Assembly: GCA_905478415.1 (NCBI GenBank)
Contig: CAJQIG010000001.1
Coordinates: 72,818-136,817 of the forward strand
Source of the DNA: an uncultured Patescibacteria group bacterium
Lineage (GTDB): Bacteria > Patescibacteriota > Microgenomatia > UBA1400 > PJMF01
Reading direction: 5' to 3'
Length of the DNA stretch: 64,000 bases
Shown: positions 9,440-18,703 of the stretch, piece by piece
Layout of the letters: the number at the start of each line of letters is the position of its first letter
Numbering within the stretch: position 1 is the first letter of the stretch
Translations under genes and position numbers: made by a program
The notes under the pieces: model-generated
Told to the model about the DNA's origin: nothing
What the model saw: only the letters and a program-made list of their open reading frames with translations
Database searches by the model: none

Positions 9440-10402
9440 TTACTCTAGGTAGAATACTTCTTCATGTAATTCTACATCAAATTCCTTTTTTACTCGATCT
9501 TTAACAGTTCTGATCAAAGTTTTGACATCTTGGCTTGTTCCAGTCCCATCATTTTCAAACCAAGCAGCATGTTTAGTACTAACCTGGATCCCACCTATTT
9601 TTGTTCCTTTTAGATGTGCTTGATCAATAATGTATCCGCCTGGCACATAGGGTTTTTCTGCAAAATCTGGAAATTGTTTTTGAAGTTTTGGAGTGTTTGG
9701 GACGTTTTGAAAGATACACCCCGAACTTGGAATACCCAGTGGTTGTGTTTTAGCGCGGTACTGTGTGGCATGAGCAATTTTAGTTAGTGATGACTCTTTG
9801 TCGCCCTTTTTAAGTTTAAAGATGACTTCGAGGATAATTTCATTTGAGTTTTGAAAGCGAGAGTGTTCGTACGCGAATGCACAGTCTTCAGCTTTAACCC
9901 AGTGATCAGTTCCATCTTTTGAAAGTACATGAACACTTTCAACATGCGTGCCGATTAAATCAGTAAGGTAGTGAGCATTGTTGTAAATTGCACCACCCAG
10001 TGTTCCTGGAACACCTAGAAAATATTCTAGGCCAGTTGCTCCTGCAGAGACGGTTTGTGATACAAGAGCAGCCATTTTGATACCTGCCCCGGCTTGTATA
10101 AATATACATGAATCATCTTTTTCATCAAGAACTTTGAATGTATCAATGGTGACAAAGAGGAGCAATCCTCTGACTCCATCATCAGAAATAATGACATTGC
10201 TGGCACCTCCAAGGATGGTAACGGGAATAGCTTCGTTGGTACAAAAGGTAATTACATCTTTGATGGTGTTAACATCTGTAGCTTGCAGAAGGGCTTCAGC
10301 TGGTCCTCCAATTTTCATGTAGGTGCGAGGTGCTAGAGGAACATCAAAGTTCCACTCTAAGTGGGGAAAGGTGGCTGAAAGTTTTGATTGTGTTGTGGTC
10401 AT
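9440..10402 (-). CDS. murB: UDP-N-acetylmuramate dehydrogenase
   Basis: KIGGPA, LGGASN, GVPGTLGGA, SSGCIFQN, STKHA, LHEEV. Confidence 0.96.
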   Translation of the reverse strand: MTTTQSKLSATFPHLEWNFDVPLAPRTYMKIGGPAEALLQATDVNTIKDVITFCTNEAIPVTILGGASNVIISDDGVRGLLLFVTIDTFKVLDEKDDSCIFIQAGAGIKMAALVSQTVSAGATGLEYFLGVPGTLGGAIYNNAHYLTDLIGTHVESVHVLSKDGTDHWVKAEDCAFAYEHSRFQNSNEIILEVIFKLKKGDKESSLTKIAHATQYRAKTQPLGIPSSGCIFQNVPNTPKLQKQFPDFAEKPYVPGGYIIDQAHLKGTKIGGIQVSTKHAAWFENDGTGTSQDVKTLIRTVKDRVKKEFDVELHEEVFYLE

Positions 10403-11829
10403 ATAAGGTCATGGACTTTGTATATGTCCCCTGCTCCTACAGTAAGTACAATACTCTTAGGCTCAGTATTTTTGGAGAGATAGGTAGCCAAATCTTGGTA
10501 GCTGGCAAGAACGGGAATAACTTTTTGAGTTTCTTTGGTGACGCCATCGGCAATACTCTGACTTGAAACAGTAGGATCAAGATTTTCTCTGGCGGAAGCA
10601 AAGATATCTAAGAGAATAAGGTTGGGAGCTGTAGCTAAGGCAGAAACAAATTCCGGGAGTAGTGTTTTTGTTCGAGAGAAAGTATGAGGTTGAAAAGCAA
10701 CATATAGCTTATGGTTTGGGTACCAATGAGTGAGAGCAGAAATCACCGCAGATAATTCTGATGGATGATGTGCATAGTCATCATAGTAGATTACTCCATT
10801 CTTCGTGCCCTTTGCTTCAAATCGTCGTTGGGTAGAGCTAAAAGAAGCCAGAGCCTCTATTGCACTGTTGAGATCAATTCCAAGTGCATCACAAGCTGCA
10901 AGAGCGGCGACAGCATTTTCCACATTGTACCTACCTGGTACAGCTAAAGTGAGTTCATAGCGTTCTTGGTTAGTAATGAGCGTTGCTTTGGTAATTCCAG
11001 AATGAGATGCTTCTTCGTCGTAGACAAAGAGATAATCACACTCACCCACAGAGCCAAAGGTTACTACCGTTTCCGCAGAGTGTTTGGCAAGTAGTGGGAG
11101 ATCTTTGTGATTTAGGATCAGTGTTCCACCAGGCTTAATTGCAGAAAAGAACTCAGTGAAGGCTTTTTTAGTTTCATCAAAAGAAGCATAGACATCAGGG
11201 TGATCATACATAAGGTTTGTACAAATAGTACAGAATGGTTGGAGATACGAAAATCGTGGGATTGGTGCTCCCCCCTTTTTAACTTCTTGAGGGTTCGTGA
11301 CATATTCATCAGCTTCTGCAATACAGTAATCACTTGAGGGATTCCATGAACCTGTTTTTTCGAGTCCAAGTATACTGCCAACACCAACAGAGAAACTAGG
11401 TTGTTTACCTAGTTTTGAAAAGATCCAAGTGAGCATGGCACTAACGGTGGATTTTCCACCAACGCCACAGACAGCAATGCCTCGTTGGGCATTGAAGAAC
11501 TTCGCAAGAGCTTCTGCCTGCGATAGAGTCGGAATAGCAGCCTGAGTTGCAGCCAAAACCTGTGGATTATCAGCACCTTCGTGTGCAGCTGTGTAGATCA
11601 CACAGTCAACACTTTTTGGCATTGGAGTTTCGAAATTAGTATCGATGGAAATCTGATTTGAGTCGAGAATTTTTTGGGTTACGAATGATTCTGGAACATC
11701 ACTGCCACTGACTTTTTTACCAAGATCCAAGAGCATTTGAGCAATTGAAGTCATTGCTACTCCCTTGATACCGACCAAGTAAAAGTGGGAATAGGGTGAA
11801 AAGGGATCTGGTGTCTTTTCAAGTGTCAT
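10399..11829 (-). CDS. murC: UDP-N-acetylmuramate--L-alanine ligase
   Basis: GIKGVAM, SGSD, GGKST, EADEY, DHPDVY, DDYAHHP, FQPHTFSRT, GAGDI. Confidence 0.94.
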   Translation of the reverse strand: MTLEKTPDPFSPYSHFYLVGIKGVAMTSIAQMLLDLGKKVSGSDVPESFVTQKILDSNQISIDTNFETPMPKSVDCVIYTAAHEGADNPQVLAATQAAIPTLSQAEALAKFFNAQRGIAVCGVGGKSTVSAMLTWIFSKLGKQPSFSVGVGSILGLEKTGSWNPSSDYCIAEADEYVTNPQEVKKGGAPIPRFSYLQPFCTICTNLMYDHPDVYASFDETKKAFTEFFSAIKPGGTLILNHKDLPLLAKHSAETVVTFGSVGECDYLFVYDEEASHSGITKATLITNQERYELTLAVPGRYNVENAVAALAACDALGIDLNSAIEALASFSSTQRRFEAKGTKNGVIYYDDYAHHPSELSAVISALTHWYPNHKLYVAFQPHTFSRTKTLLPEFVSALATAPNLILLDIFASARENLDPTVSSQSIADGVTKETQKVIPVLASYQDLATYLSKNTEPKSIVLTVGAGDIYKVHDLI

Positions 11830-12806
11830 GAGGCAACAATCTTTTCAAGTATTCGTGCTAATTTTTCATGATCATGTCTGAGAAGTGAACGGTATGAAGT
11901 GTCATATTTCTTTTTGTATTCAAGAGCATCATTGATAAGTGGTGTGCGAATAACTTTATTTTCACTACCTAAGTCATCAACAACAGGAAATTCTTGAACA
12001 CTGGCATAGAGTTTTTCTGCTTCAGTTGGAATTGTTTCTGAGTTGACAATGACAGCAGAGACTTCTCTGCCAAGTGCTCCCTCAATCTTTGTAACATGGT
12101 TTTGAGCTGTCATTCCATGTGTTTGAGTTAAACGAGTCATCAGATTCATGACGTACACAACTTTACCGGAGAGTGTAGCAAAGATTGACTTTGTTTCTGG
12201 CAGTACTAGCGTTGCCATTAGACTGGCATAAAAATCACCAGGACCGATAATAATGATGTCTGCTTCTTCGAGAGCAATTTTAGCTTTAGGGTTAATATGA
12301 CACTCGGGTATCAACTTAACTTGATCGATCGTGATTGGTTGTTCAACATCTTCATCTAAAGTGTGTTCACCAATAACAGTGGTGCCGTCACTATATGAAA
12401 TTTCTAGATCGACAAATTGTTCTGTGACGGGGATGACAGTCCCACTGAGGTTGAAAATCTTTTCGGCAATTTCTAATGATTCGGTAGTACTTCCAGTCAT
12501 ATCTTGGAGTGCAGTTAAAATGAGGTTGCCAAGATTGTGGCCTTTGAGTCCATTGCCTTTAGCAAACCGATATAAAAGAATTTTTTGAATCCATGGTTGT
12601 CCTTGCACATCTGCGAGTGCAGCTAGAGACTGACGTAAATCACCCACTGGTTGAAAACCAAACTCATCTCTAATGCGACCAGTAGAACCTCCAGAATCTG
12701 AGACAGCAATGACCGTTGAAATATCCCAATTAAGTTTTTTGAGCGCAGAAACTACTGCAAACGTGCCAGTTCCACCACCCATGACGACGGCTTTTGGTAT
12801 TTTCAT
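11826..12806 (-). CDS. yvcK: YvcK/GlmR (UPF0052, CofD-related) family protein
   Basis: GGGTG, DSGGSTGRIRDE, GDLRQ, GHNLGNL, IIGPG, RHD. Confidence 0.9.
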   Translation of the reverse strand: MKIPKAVVMGGGTGTFAVVSALKKLNWDISTVIAVSDSGGSTGRIRDEFGFQPVGDLRQSLAALADVQGQPWIQKILLYRFAKGNGLKGHNLGNLILTALQDMTGSTTESLEIAEKIFNLSGTVIPVTEQFVDLEISYSDGTTVIGEHTLDEDVEQPITIDQVKLIPECHINPKAKIALEEADIIIIGPGDFYASLMATLVLPETKSIFATLSGKVVYVMNLMTRLTQTHGMTAQNHVTKIEGALGREVSAVIVNSETIPTEAEKLYASVQEFPVVDDLGSENKVIRTPLINDALEYKKKYDTSYRSLLRHDHEKLARILEKIVAS

Positions 12807-14020
12807 TACGAGAGACTTTCTAAAGCAGCTTTGGTATCACTCCATGGATACTCGGTGGTGCCGAAACACATACTCTTTTCGTGGCCTTTACCAAAGATGG
12901 CGACCACGTCACCAGTCTTAGCTTCTTTTTTGATGGCAAATTCGATAGCTTCCCTGCGATCAGCAATAGAAATAATTTTATTGTGTCCTTCGGTAAGTTG
13001 CTCCTTCATCTGTCTAATAATACTCCAAACATCTTCTGTTCGAGGGTCTTCGGCAGTTAAAATAACCAGATCTGCATGGGTAACTCCAATTTTTCCCATA
13101 ATCGGGCGCTTTGCTTGATCTCTGAGGCCAGCAGCTCCGTAGACGGCAATGAGTCGTCCAGTCAGCTTTTTTTTCTTCATGTGATCTCTGAGGGCTGTAA
13201 GGGCACTTTCAAGTCCCTGTGGAGTATGTGCAAAGTCGACAACGACTTCAAATCGCTTCTTGCTTGGGATAAATTCCATTCGGCCTGGAATTCCCGGGAA
13301 TGAGCGGATAGCAGAACAGAATTCGGTATCTGATACGTCTGCGAGTTGTGCCATTTTATAGACAAGCCGAGCATTTTGTTGATTATAGTGTTCGGGGAAT
13401 CGTTGACTAATAGCTGACTTAACTTTAGTTGGCATTTTCATGTCTGCGTTGTATTGTTGTACGGTTGCTTCGATTGGAAGATACTTTTTAACTTTGTGAA
13501 ATGACATATCATCTCCATTGAGGATAACGGTATGAGCAAGGCTCAGTAACTCACTTTTAGCTTTGAGGTACTCTGTGTAGGTGACGTGATAATCAAGGTG
13601 TTCGTGAGAAATGTTTGTCAAGCCAGCAACAGTTGGGTTGACTCCCCAAGTTCGGTATTGATACACACCGTGTGAGGTAACTTCGAGGATTAGGTGTGTA
13701 TACCCCTTTTGCACCATCATATGCATAAATTTTTGCAAGTCTTGGGGTTGAGGAGAAGTTACATGAAAGCCAGTATCTATTTCTTTGTTACCAAGATACG
13801 CAGCTACGGTAGTTAATAATGCAACCTTATGCCCATGCTCTTTGAGTGCATGGTACAGCATGGTTGATGAAGTAGTTTTACCATCTGTTCCAGTAATTGT
13901 AAAAATGGTAAGTTTTCTTGCTGGAAATCCATACCTAATTTGGGCAGTCAGGCCCTTAAGGATACCGGTTTTGAGGTAGTGATATGGTCGTTTGAGTTTG
14001 TAGAGGGCTAAACGTAACAT
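12806..14020 (-). CDS. murE: MurE amino-acid ligase (lacks the N-terminal domain)
   Basis: ITGTDGKTT, LEVTSH, TNISHEHLDYH, PGRME, VDFAHTP, EDPR, GKGHE. Start placed at 14020, 7 nt after a TATAAT; 14029 is the alternative. Confidence 0.9.
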   Translation of the reverse strand: MLRLALYKLKRPYHYLKTGILKGLTAQIRYGFPARKLTIFTITGTDGKTTSSTMLYHALKEHGHKVALLTTVAAYLGNKEIDTGFHVTSPQPQDLQKFMHMMVQKGYTHLILEVTSHGVYQYRTWGVNPTVAGLTNISHEHLDYHVTYTEYLKAKSELLSLAHTVILNGDDMSFHKVKKYLPIEATVQQYNADMKMPTKVKSAISQRFPEHYNQQNARLVYKMAQLADVSDTEFCSAIRSFPGIPGRMEFIPSKKRFEVVVDFAHTPQGLESALTALRDHMKKKKLTGRLIAVYGAAGLRDQAKRPIMGKIGVTHADLVILTAEDPRTEDVWSIIRQMKEQLTEGHNKIISIADRREAIEFAIKKEAKTGDVVAIFGKGHEKSMCFGTTEYPWSDTKAALESLS

Positions 14021-14080
14021 GTGTTCCATTATATAGTTTTTATTGCAAATAGTCAGGCATGATTCTGTTTGTTATGGTTG

Positions 14081-15865
14081 TCATTCAATAGGCCGTTCTT
14101 CATACATATTGGGCGGTACTTGTAACAATAAGAGTAAGTTATCAGCAATAGTGTACCAGAGCGGAGCTGCTGTTTCGGCTGCCCATGGTGAAGATGTCGG
14201 TTCAGTCAATTTAACAAACATGATGAAGGCTGGATTGTGTGCTGGAGCAAAACCAATGAAACTGGCAATAGTTTTATCTTCCTCGTACCCCCCACTGGGA
14301 GATGGAACTTGTGAAGTGCCTGTTTTTCCGGCTACCGAGTACGAATTTCTAGCTGCCCACTGTGCTTCTCCACTGTGAGCAGAAGTGATCATCATATCTA
14401 CGACTGTTTGTGCAGCTTTGGGAGAGATAACTTGTCCCTCCTCTATTGGTTCAATGATTGTTTCTTGATGGTGTTCATCGACAACTTTTTCAATAATCGA
14501 GGGTCGCATCATCATCCCCTGATTAGCAATGGTATTGATGGCTCTGAGTAACTGCATGCTTGTGGTACTAATTCCTTGTCCAAAAGAAATTGTCGCTAAT
14601 TCGACTGGTCCAAATTTTTCTGGAAAGGGAGTGGTAGTATCTTCTTGCAGGTCAATTCCAATCTCTTCTCCAATTTTAAATTTTTTGAGATACTCTTCGA
14701 AGGTTTTAGCGCCAAGTTGTTCTGCTATAAAAATCATGGCAGTATTGTCTGATTTAGCTAAGGCATCTTCCATGGTGATGTTGGGGTTATAAACATCATT
14801 CCAGGTTCTGATGGTGTACTTGCCAAAGGTTCTCGGTCCTGCGCAGCTAGGACAGGTCGTATCAGGTTTAATTTTGTTGCTGTCAATGCCAGCTGCCACA
14901 GTCAGAACTTTGAAGGTTGAACCAGGCTCATAGCCTGAGACAATACTGGGATTTTTATAGAGGACTGCATCGAACTTTGAAAAATCTGCCGGATTGTAGT
15001 TGGGAAGTGCGACCATCCCCAGAATTCTTCCCGTTTTGGGTTCCATTACAATAATTTCTCCTTGTTTGGCTCCGTACTGCTTCATGGCTTTTTCGAGTTG
15101 TGAGTAGAGCAAAAATTGAACGTCCCGACGAATAGTTGTCGTAATGGAACGACCATCAAGGACTTTGGTTGATTTTAACTGAGAGCCAAGTAGTTTTTGT
15201 CCTAATGCATCAGCTAAAATAGTGGAAGTACTACTGCGAGCAGATAGCTCCTTATTGAGTGCTCCTTCAATGCCAAAATATCCGGTGTCTTCTCCAACAT
15301 TATTTTTACCAACGAAGCCTGTGAGGGTAGCCGCGATTGATGCTTCTGGATACCAACGCTGATCATACGCGTCAAAGCCAAGTGCAAAGAGACCTAGAGC
15401 CTCAATTTTTTCTTTCGTTTCTTTGCTGACTGGTTGAAATAAAGAGACCCAGTTTTTACTTGTATCTGCGAGTTTAGTTTCAAGTTGTAGTAAAAGTTTT
15501 TCTTCAATTTCTTTTGTTTCGGCTGAAATGGTTGAGACCTCAATCTCTTGGCTGAGTATAGGAGTGAGTAGAGCTGCAATTTGTTGAGCTGGTAGAGTTA
15601 CGAGCTTCGGTTGGGCAAAAAGTCGATAGACTTCCTGATTAGCAACTAAAGGATAGTTGTCAGCAGTAAAAATAAGCCCGCGGGTTCCAGTCTCGGAGAC
15701 TGAGCGTTGGTATTGATTTTGGGCTGCTTTTTGTAAAGTAGCAGCTTGTACGACTTGCCAATAAAACAGACGTATGAGAACTCCTAGAAAACCAATACTG
15801 AGAATACTAAAAAGAACACGAGCTCTTGTTTGAGGTAAAGTCTGATCATCGTTGTTTTTTCTCAT
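14081..15865 (-). CDS. ftsI: Class B penicillin-binding protein (FtsI/PBP2B)
   Basis: N-terminal TM, RGLIF, R-YP, STFK, SDN, KTGT; dcw context. Confidence 0.92.
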   Translation of the reverse strand: MRKNNDDQTLPQTRARVLFSILSIGFLGVLIRLFYWQVVQAATLQKAAQNQYQRSVSETGTRGLIFTADNYPLVANQEVYRLFAQPKLVTLPAQQIAALLTPILSQEIEVSTISAETKEIEEKLLLQLETKLADTSKNWVSLFQPVSKETKEKIEALGLFALGFDAYDQRWYPEASIAATLTGFVGKNNVGEDTGYFGIEGALNKELSARSSTSTILADALGQKLLGSQLKSTKVLDGRSITTTIRRDVQFLLYSQLEKAMKQYGAKQGEIIVMEPKTGRILGMVALPNYNPADFSKFDAVLYKNPSIVSGYEPGSTFKVLTVAAGIDSNKIKPDTTCPSCAGPRTFGKYTIRTWNDVYNPNITMEDALAKSDNTAMIFIAEQLGAKTFEEYLKKFKIGEEIGIDLQEDTTTPFPEKFGPVELATISFGQGISTTSMQLLRAINTIANQGMMMRPSIIEKVVDEHHQETIIEPIEEGQVISPKAAQTVVDMMITSAHSGEAQWAARNSYSVAGKTGTSQVPSPSGGYEEDKTIASFIGFAPAHNPAFIMFVKLTEPTSSPWAAETAAPLWYTIADNLLLLLQVPPNMYEERPIE

Positions 15866-15915
15866 GATGTACCAGTTGTTGTAACATACCTAGCTGTTGG
15901 AGTGAAGCGGTTTTC

Positions 15916-16206
15916 CTAAATTCCCGAGTAAGCCACTGTTTTTGTTGTATCAATAAAGAGTGGAGAAGAAATTTTTACGAAAGATTCGATTTCTTCAGAA
16001 CTACTCAAAGTAGAGAGTGAAGACTCCTGAGCAATTTGACTGAGTAATAGCTGTTTTTGTTGATGAAGGTCACGGTTTTGAGTTTCAATTTGAGCAATTT
16101 TTTTACCATGATGTACAACTAAACTACCTTGAATCACGGTAGCTACAATTTGAAGTGCTAAGACACTCAATAGGGTGATGTAGTAAGTAGTGATTTTTTT
16201 ATTCAT
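15916..16206 (-). CDS. ftsL: Probable FtsL cell division protein
   Basis: Single TM plus coiled coil, 96 aa, between rsmH and the PBP gene. Confidence 0.65.
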   Translation of the reverse strand: MNKKITTYYITLLSVLALQIVATVIQGSLVVHHGKKIAQIETQNRDLHQQKQLLLSQIAQESSLSTLSSSEEIESFVKISSPLFIDTTKTVAYSGI

Positions 16207-17096
16207 TATATTTTTCTAAGGGCGCGAAGTTTAGCGCTCCGAGAACGTTTGTTCTCTGTGATTTCTGTTTCAGTTGGTTGTAGTGGTTTTTTAGTAATAC
16301 TTTCGGCAAGTTTATTGTTTTCCCAAGATTTAAATTGATGTTTTACAATTCTGTCTTCTCCATCATGGAAGGCGATGGTGACTATGATTCCGTTTTTCTC
16401 TAAAATGCTGAATGCAGCAGGAAGGGCTTGTCCGATTTCATCGAGTTCACTGTTAACAGCAATTCTGAGAGCTTGAAAAACCTTTGTAGCCGGGTGGATC
16501 CCTGGGCGAACTCTTCGTTTGATCGAAGAGATTAAGGAAGCTAGCTGACCAGTTGTTGTGATTGGTTGACTTTGAGCTTTAATTGCTTTGGCAATTCCTT
16601 TTGCTTCTTCTTCACCTCCATAGTCTCTGAACAGCTCCACGAGTTGTTTTTCTGGAACAAGGATAAGAATATCTTTGGCAGTGACACCTAATCTGGTGTC
16701 CATGCGCATATCCAGATCTCCATCTCCTTCAAAACTAAAGCCTCGTTCTGCAGACATGAGTTGTGGGGTGCTCGTACCAAAGTCAAACAAAATGCCTGAA
16801 ATAGCTAATGCTTGATTGAGTTCCTGTCTCAGTTTGGTGAGTGCACGCTCGAGTTTTGAAAAGCTTTCGTGAATGAGTATCAGCTGACCTGCAGCAATCT
16901 CTTTTTGAAAGGTTTCTTTTCCATACTCAATGGCTTCATTATCCCAATCAAAAGCTACCACTTTTGCTCCAGCTTCTATGAGCTTTCTTGTGTGACCACC
17001 TCTACCAAAAGTGGCATCTATATACCAGTGATTTGGCTTGATTTTCAAGAGCTCAATGGCTTCGTGTAGTAAGACTGATATGTGTGTGTTATTCAT
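16206..17096 (-). CDS. rsmH: 16S rRNA m4C1402 methyltransferase
   Basis: HISVLL, DATFGRGGHT, LDMRMD, HPATKVFQALRIAVN, RSRSAKLR. Confidence 0.98.
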   Translation of the reverse strand: MNNTHISVLLHEAIELLKIKPNHWYIDATFGRGGHTRKLIEAGAKVVAFDWDNEAIEYGKETFQKEIAAGQLILIHESFSKLERALTKLRQELNQALAISGILFDFGTSTPQLMSAERGFSFEGDGDLDMRMDTRLGVTAKDILILVPEKQLVELFRDYGGEEEAKGIAKAIKAQSQPITTTGQLASLISSIKRRVRPGIHPATKVFQALRIAVNSELDEIGQALPAAFSILEKNGIIVTIAFHDGEDRIVKHQFKSWENNKLAESITKKPLQPTETEITENKRSRSAKLRALRKI

Positions 17097-17508
17097 CTAT
17101 GCTTTCAGCAATAGTTTCGGCTTTTTCCTCAAGAGACTCTACATACGAGTGGTAGGTATCTCGGTCCCAAATTTCAACGTAGTTGTAACTTCCAACGATA
17201 ACCACGCTTTTTTCAATATGAGCAAAGCTGGTCAAGTACTCGGGCAGTTGGACTCGACCATTTTTATCTGGAAGAACTTCTATGGCTTCATTGGTCATTA
17301 ACCGAATAAAGTCTCGATGTTTCTTTTTTGTAAAGGAGCGGGCTTCTAGTTTCTGAAGTTCTTCAGCAAATTTTTCTTTTTCGAATAAGAATAATCCACC
17401 ATCCATACCTCTTGTTAAAACCCAATCTGTCGATTGTGATCTAAAAGCCTTGGGAAGTGAGACTCTGCCTTTTTCTTCAACCGTATGATAATATTTACCA
17501 ATATACAT
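17089..17508 (-). CDS. mraZ: Transcriptional regulator MraZ
   Basis: MYIGKYYHTVEEKGRVSLP, DKNGRVQLP, VEIWD; start placed at ATG 17508. Confidence 0.95.
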   Translation of the reverse strand: MYIGKYYHTVEEKGRVSLPKAFRSQSTDWVLTRGMDGGLFLFEKEKFAEELQKLEARSFTKKKHRDFIRLMTNEAIEVLPDKNGRVQLPEYLTSFAHIEKSVVIVGSYNYVEIWDRDTYHSYVESLEEKAETIAESIDE

Positions 17509-17525
17509 TTTCTTATCAGACAGAA

Positions 17526-17542
17526 TACCACTTTTTACCACT
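17526..17542 (-). promoter_or_regulatory. Putative MraZ operator (direct repeat AGTGGTA x2, 10-nt period) overlapping an extended -10 TGGTATTCT
   Basis: GATAGTGGTAAAAAGTGGTATTCT immediately upstream of mraZ; known MraZ boxes are GTG-containing repeats with about 10-nt spacing. Confidence 0.6.
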
Positions 17543-17697
17543 ATCGAGATTAAGTATGACTCAACTCAAGTAACTTGTAAATACTAAGTTGACCCGAAAA
17601 CACTATCCCAATAGGTGATATTAAAAAAAACTATCCACATACATAAAATTGCTGTCTTGTTTTTTGTTTGTGGTCTAAACTAGAATTCTGAGTACAT

Positions 17698-17808
17698 ATG
17701 AAGAAGAAAAAAAAGATTCAAAAAGAGGTATCTTCTGAATCTGTATTTATAACCTATGGAGTTTTTGTTTTAGGGATTTCTGTAGTCTTATTGCTTTTAG
17801 CAAAATAA
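17698..17808 (+). CDS. Putative 36-aa tail-anchored membrane peptide
   Basis: Manual translation MKKKKKIQKEVSSESVFITYGVFVLGISVVLLLLAK; upstream TTGTTT-18nt-TAGAAT; fills the intergenic gap. Confidence 0.45.
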   Translation: MKKKKKIQKEVSSESVFITYGVFVLGISVVLLLLAK

Positions 17809-17842
17809 AAAAAGCCTCCCTGTTTTCTAAGACAGAGAGGCT
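17807..17842 (-). terminator. Intrinsic terminator
   Basis: AGCCTCTCTGT-cttagaaa-ACAGGGAGGCT followed by a T run, just after the 17857 gene. Confidence 0.8.
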
Positions 17843-17856
17843 AGATAGTTGTAGTC

Positions 17857-18657
17857 TTATTTTGAAGTGACTACATAAGCCTCAAGCACATCTACTGTTG
17901 CGGTGGCAGATTTGCCATCGACAGTAGTTTCAAAGCTTTGCCACTCTGTTCCGTCCCATCCCATGATGGTGAGGTCACCTTCACTTCGAGCTCGGATAGT
18001 AAGTTCTGCTGTTCCTGAAAGGGATGCACTACTGGTGAGAGTATAGATTTCTGAAACCAGTGTTCCCTCTAGTTCCCCTGGGTATCCCGGTGAGTTATAA
18101 ATCACAAGTAACCTGTTTGTTGCTAAATCTTCAGACTTGATTTTGAAGAATGCATCTTTCGACCCAAACGTGGTTTCTTTATTAGTATTTTCAAAGTATT
18201 TCCAATCTGATTTGAGATCATACTTATTGCTTCCTTCAAAGAAAGCTCTGAGTTCTCCACCTTTAATATTTTCGTGGTAGGTACAAGAACCTCCTGCACT
18301 ACAGCTTCCCAGCAGAATTTTTTCACTAGCAGGTAGTGTACCTAGATCTATTTCACCAAAGGCACCTTGGACTAGAGTTCCAGTTTGGTACTCGAGTTCG
18401 TACTCAACTACTTCAGCTTCTTTTTTGACTTCACCAATAATGATGCTTAAGTTCCGGCTATCGACGGGATTGATGGTGATGTACGGACGCTCGGCCACTT
18501 CTATCGCATTATAGTTGCGAATTGTCGTTTTCTTTTTTGCTGTTGTTTCTTCAGCGACTTCAACAGGTTTTTGGGTTACCTTATAGATTCCAAAGGATAC
18601 TGCGAGTAGCACCAAAACACCGACAACGATGAGTGGCATGTTATTTTTCTTCTTCAT
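17857..18657 (-). CDS. Membrane-anchored extracellular hypothetical protein
   Basis: Likely start MKKKNN at 18657; basic N-terminus plus TM helix; beta-rich domain with GSCSAGGSC. Confidence 0.75.
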   Translation of the reverse strand: MKKKNNMPLIVVGVLVLLAVSFGIYKVTQKPVEVAEETTAKKKTTIRNYNAIEVAERPYITINPVDSRNLSIIIGEVKKEAEVVEYELEYQTGTLVQGAFGEIDLGTLPASEKILLGSCSAGGSCTYHENIKGGELRAFFEGSNKYDLKSDWKYFENTNKETTFGSKDAFFKIKSEDLATNRLLVIYNSPGYPGELEGTLVSEIYTLTSSASLSGTAELTIRARSEGDLTIMGWDGTEWQSFETTVDGKSATATVDVLEAYVVTSK

Positions 18658-18703
18658 AGGTTCTTTCGTAATTTCTACCGAATGTTCAATGCGAGAACAC
18701 TCC

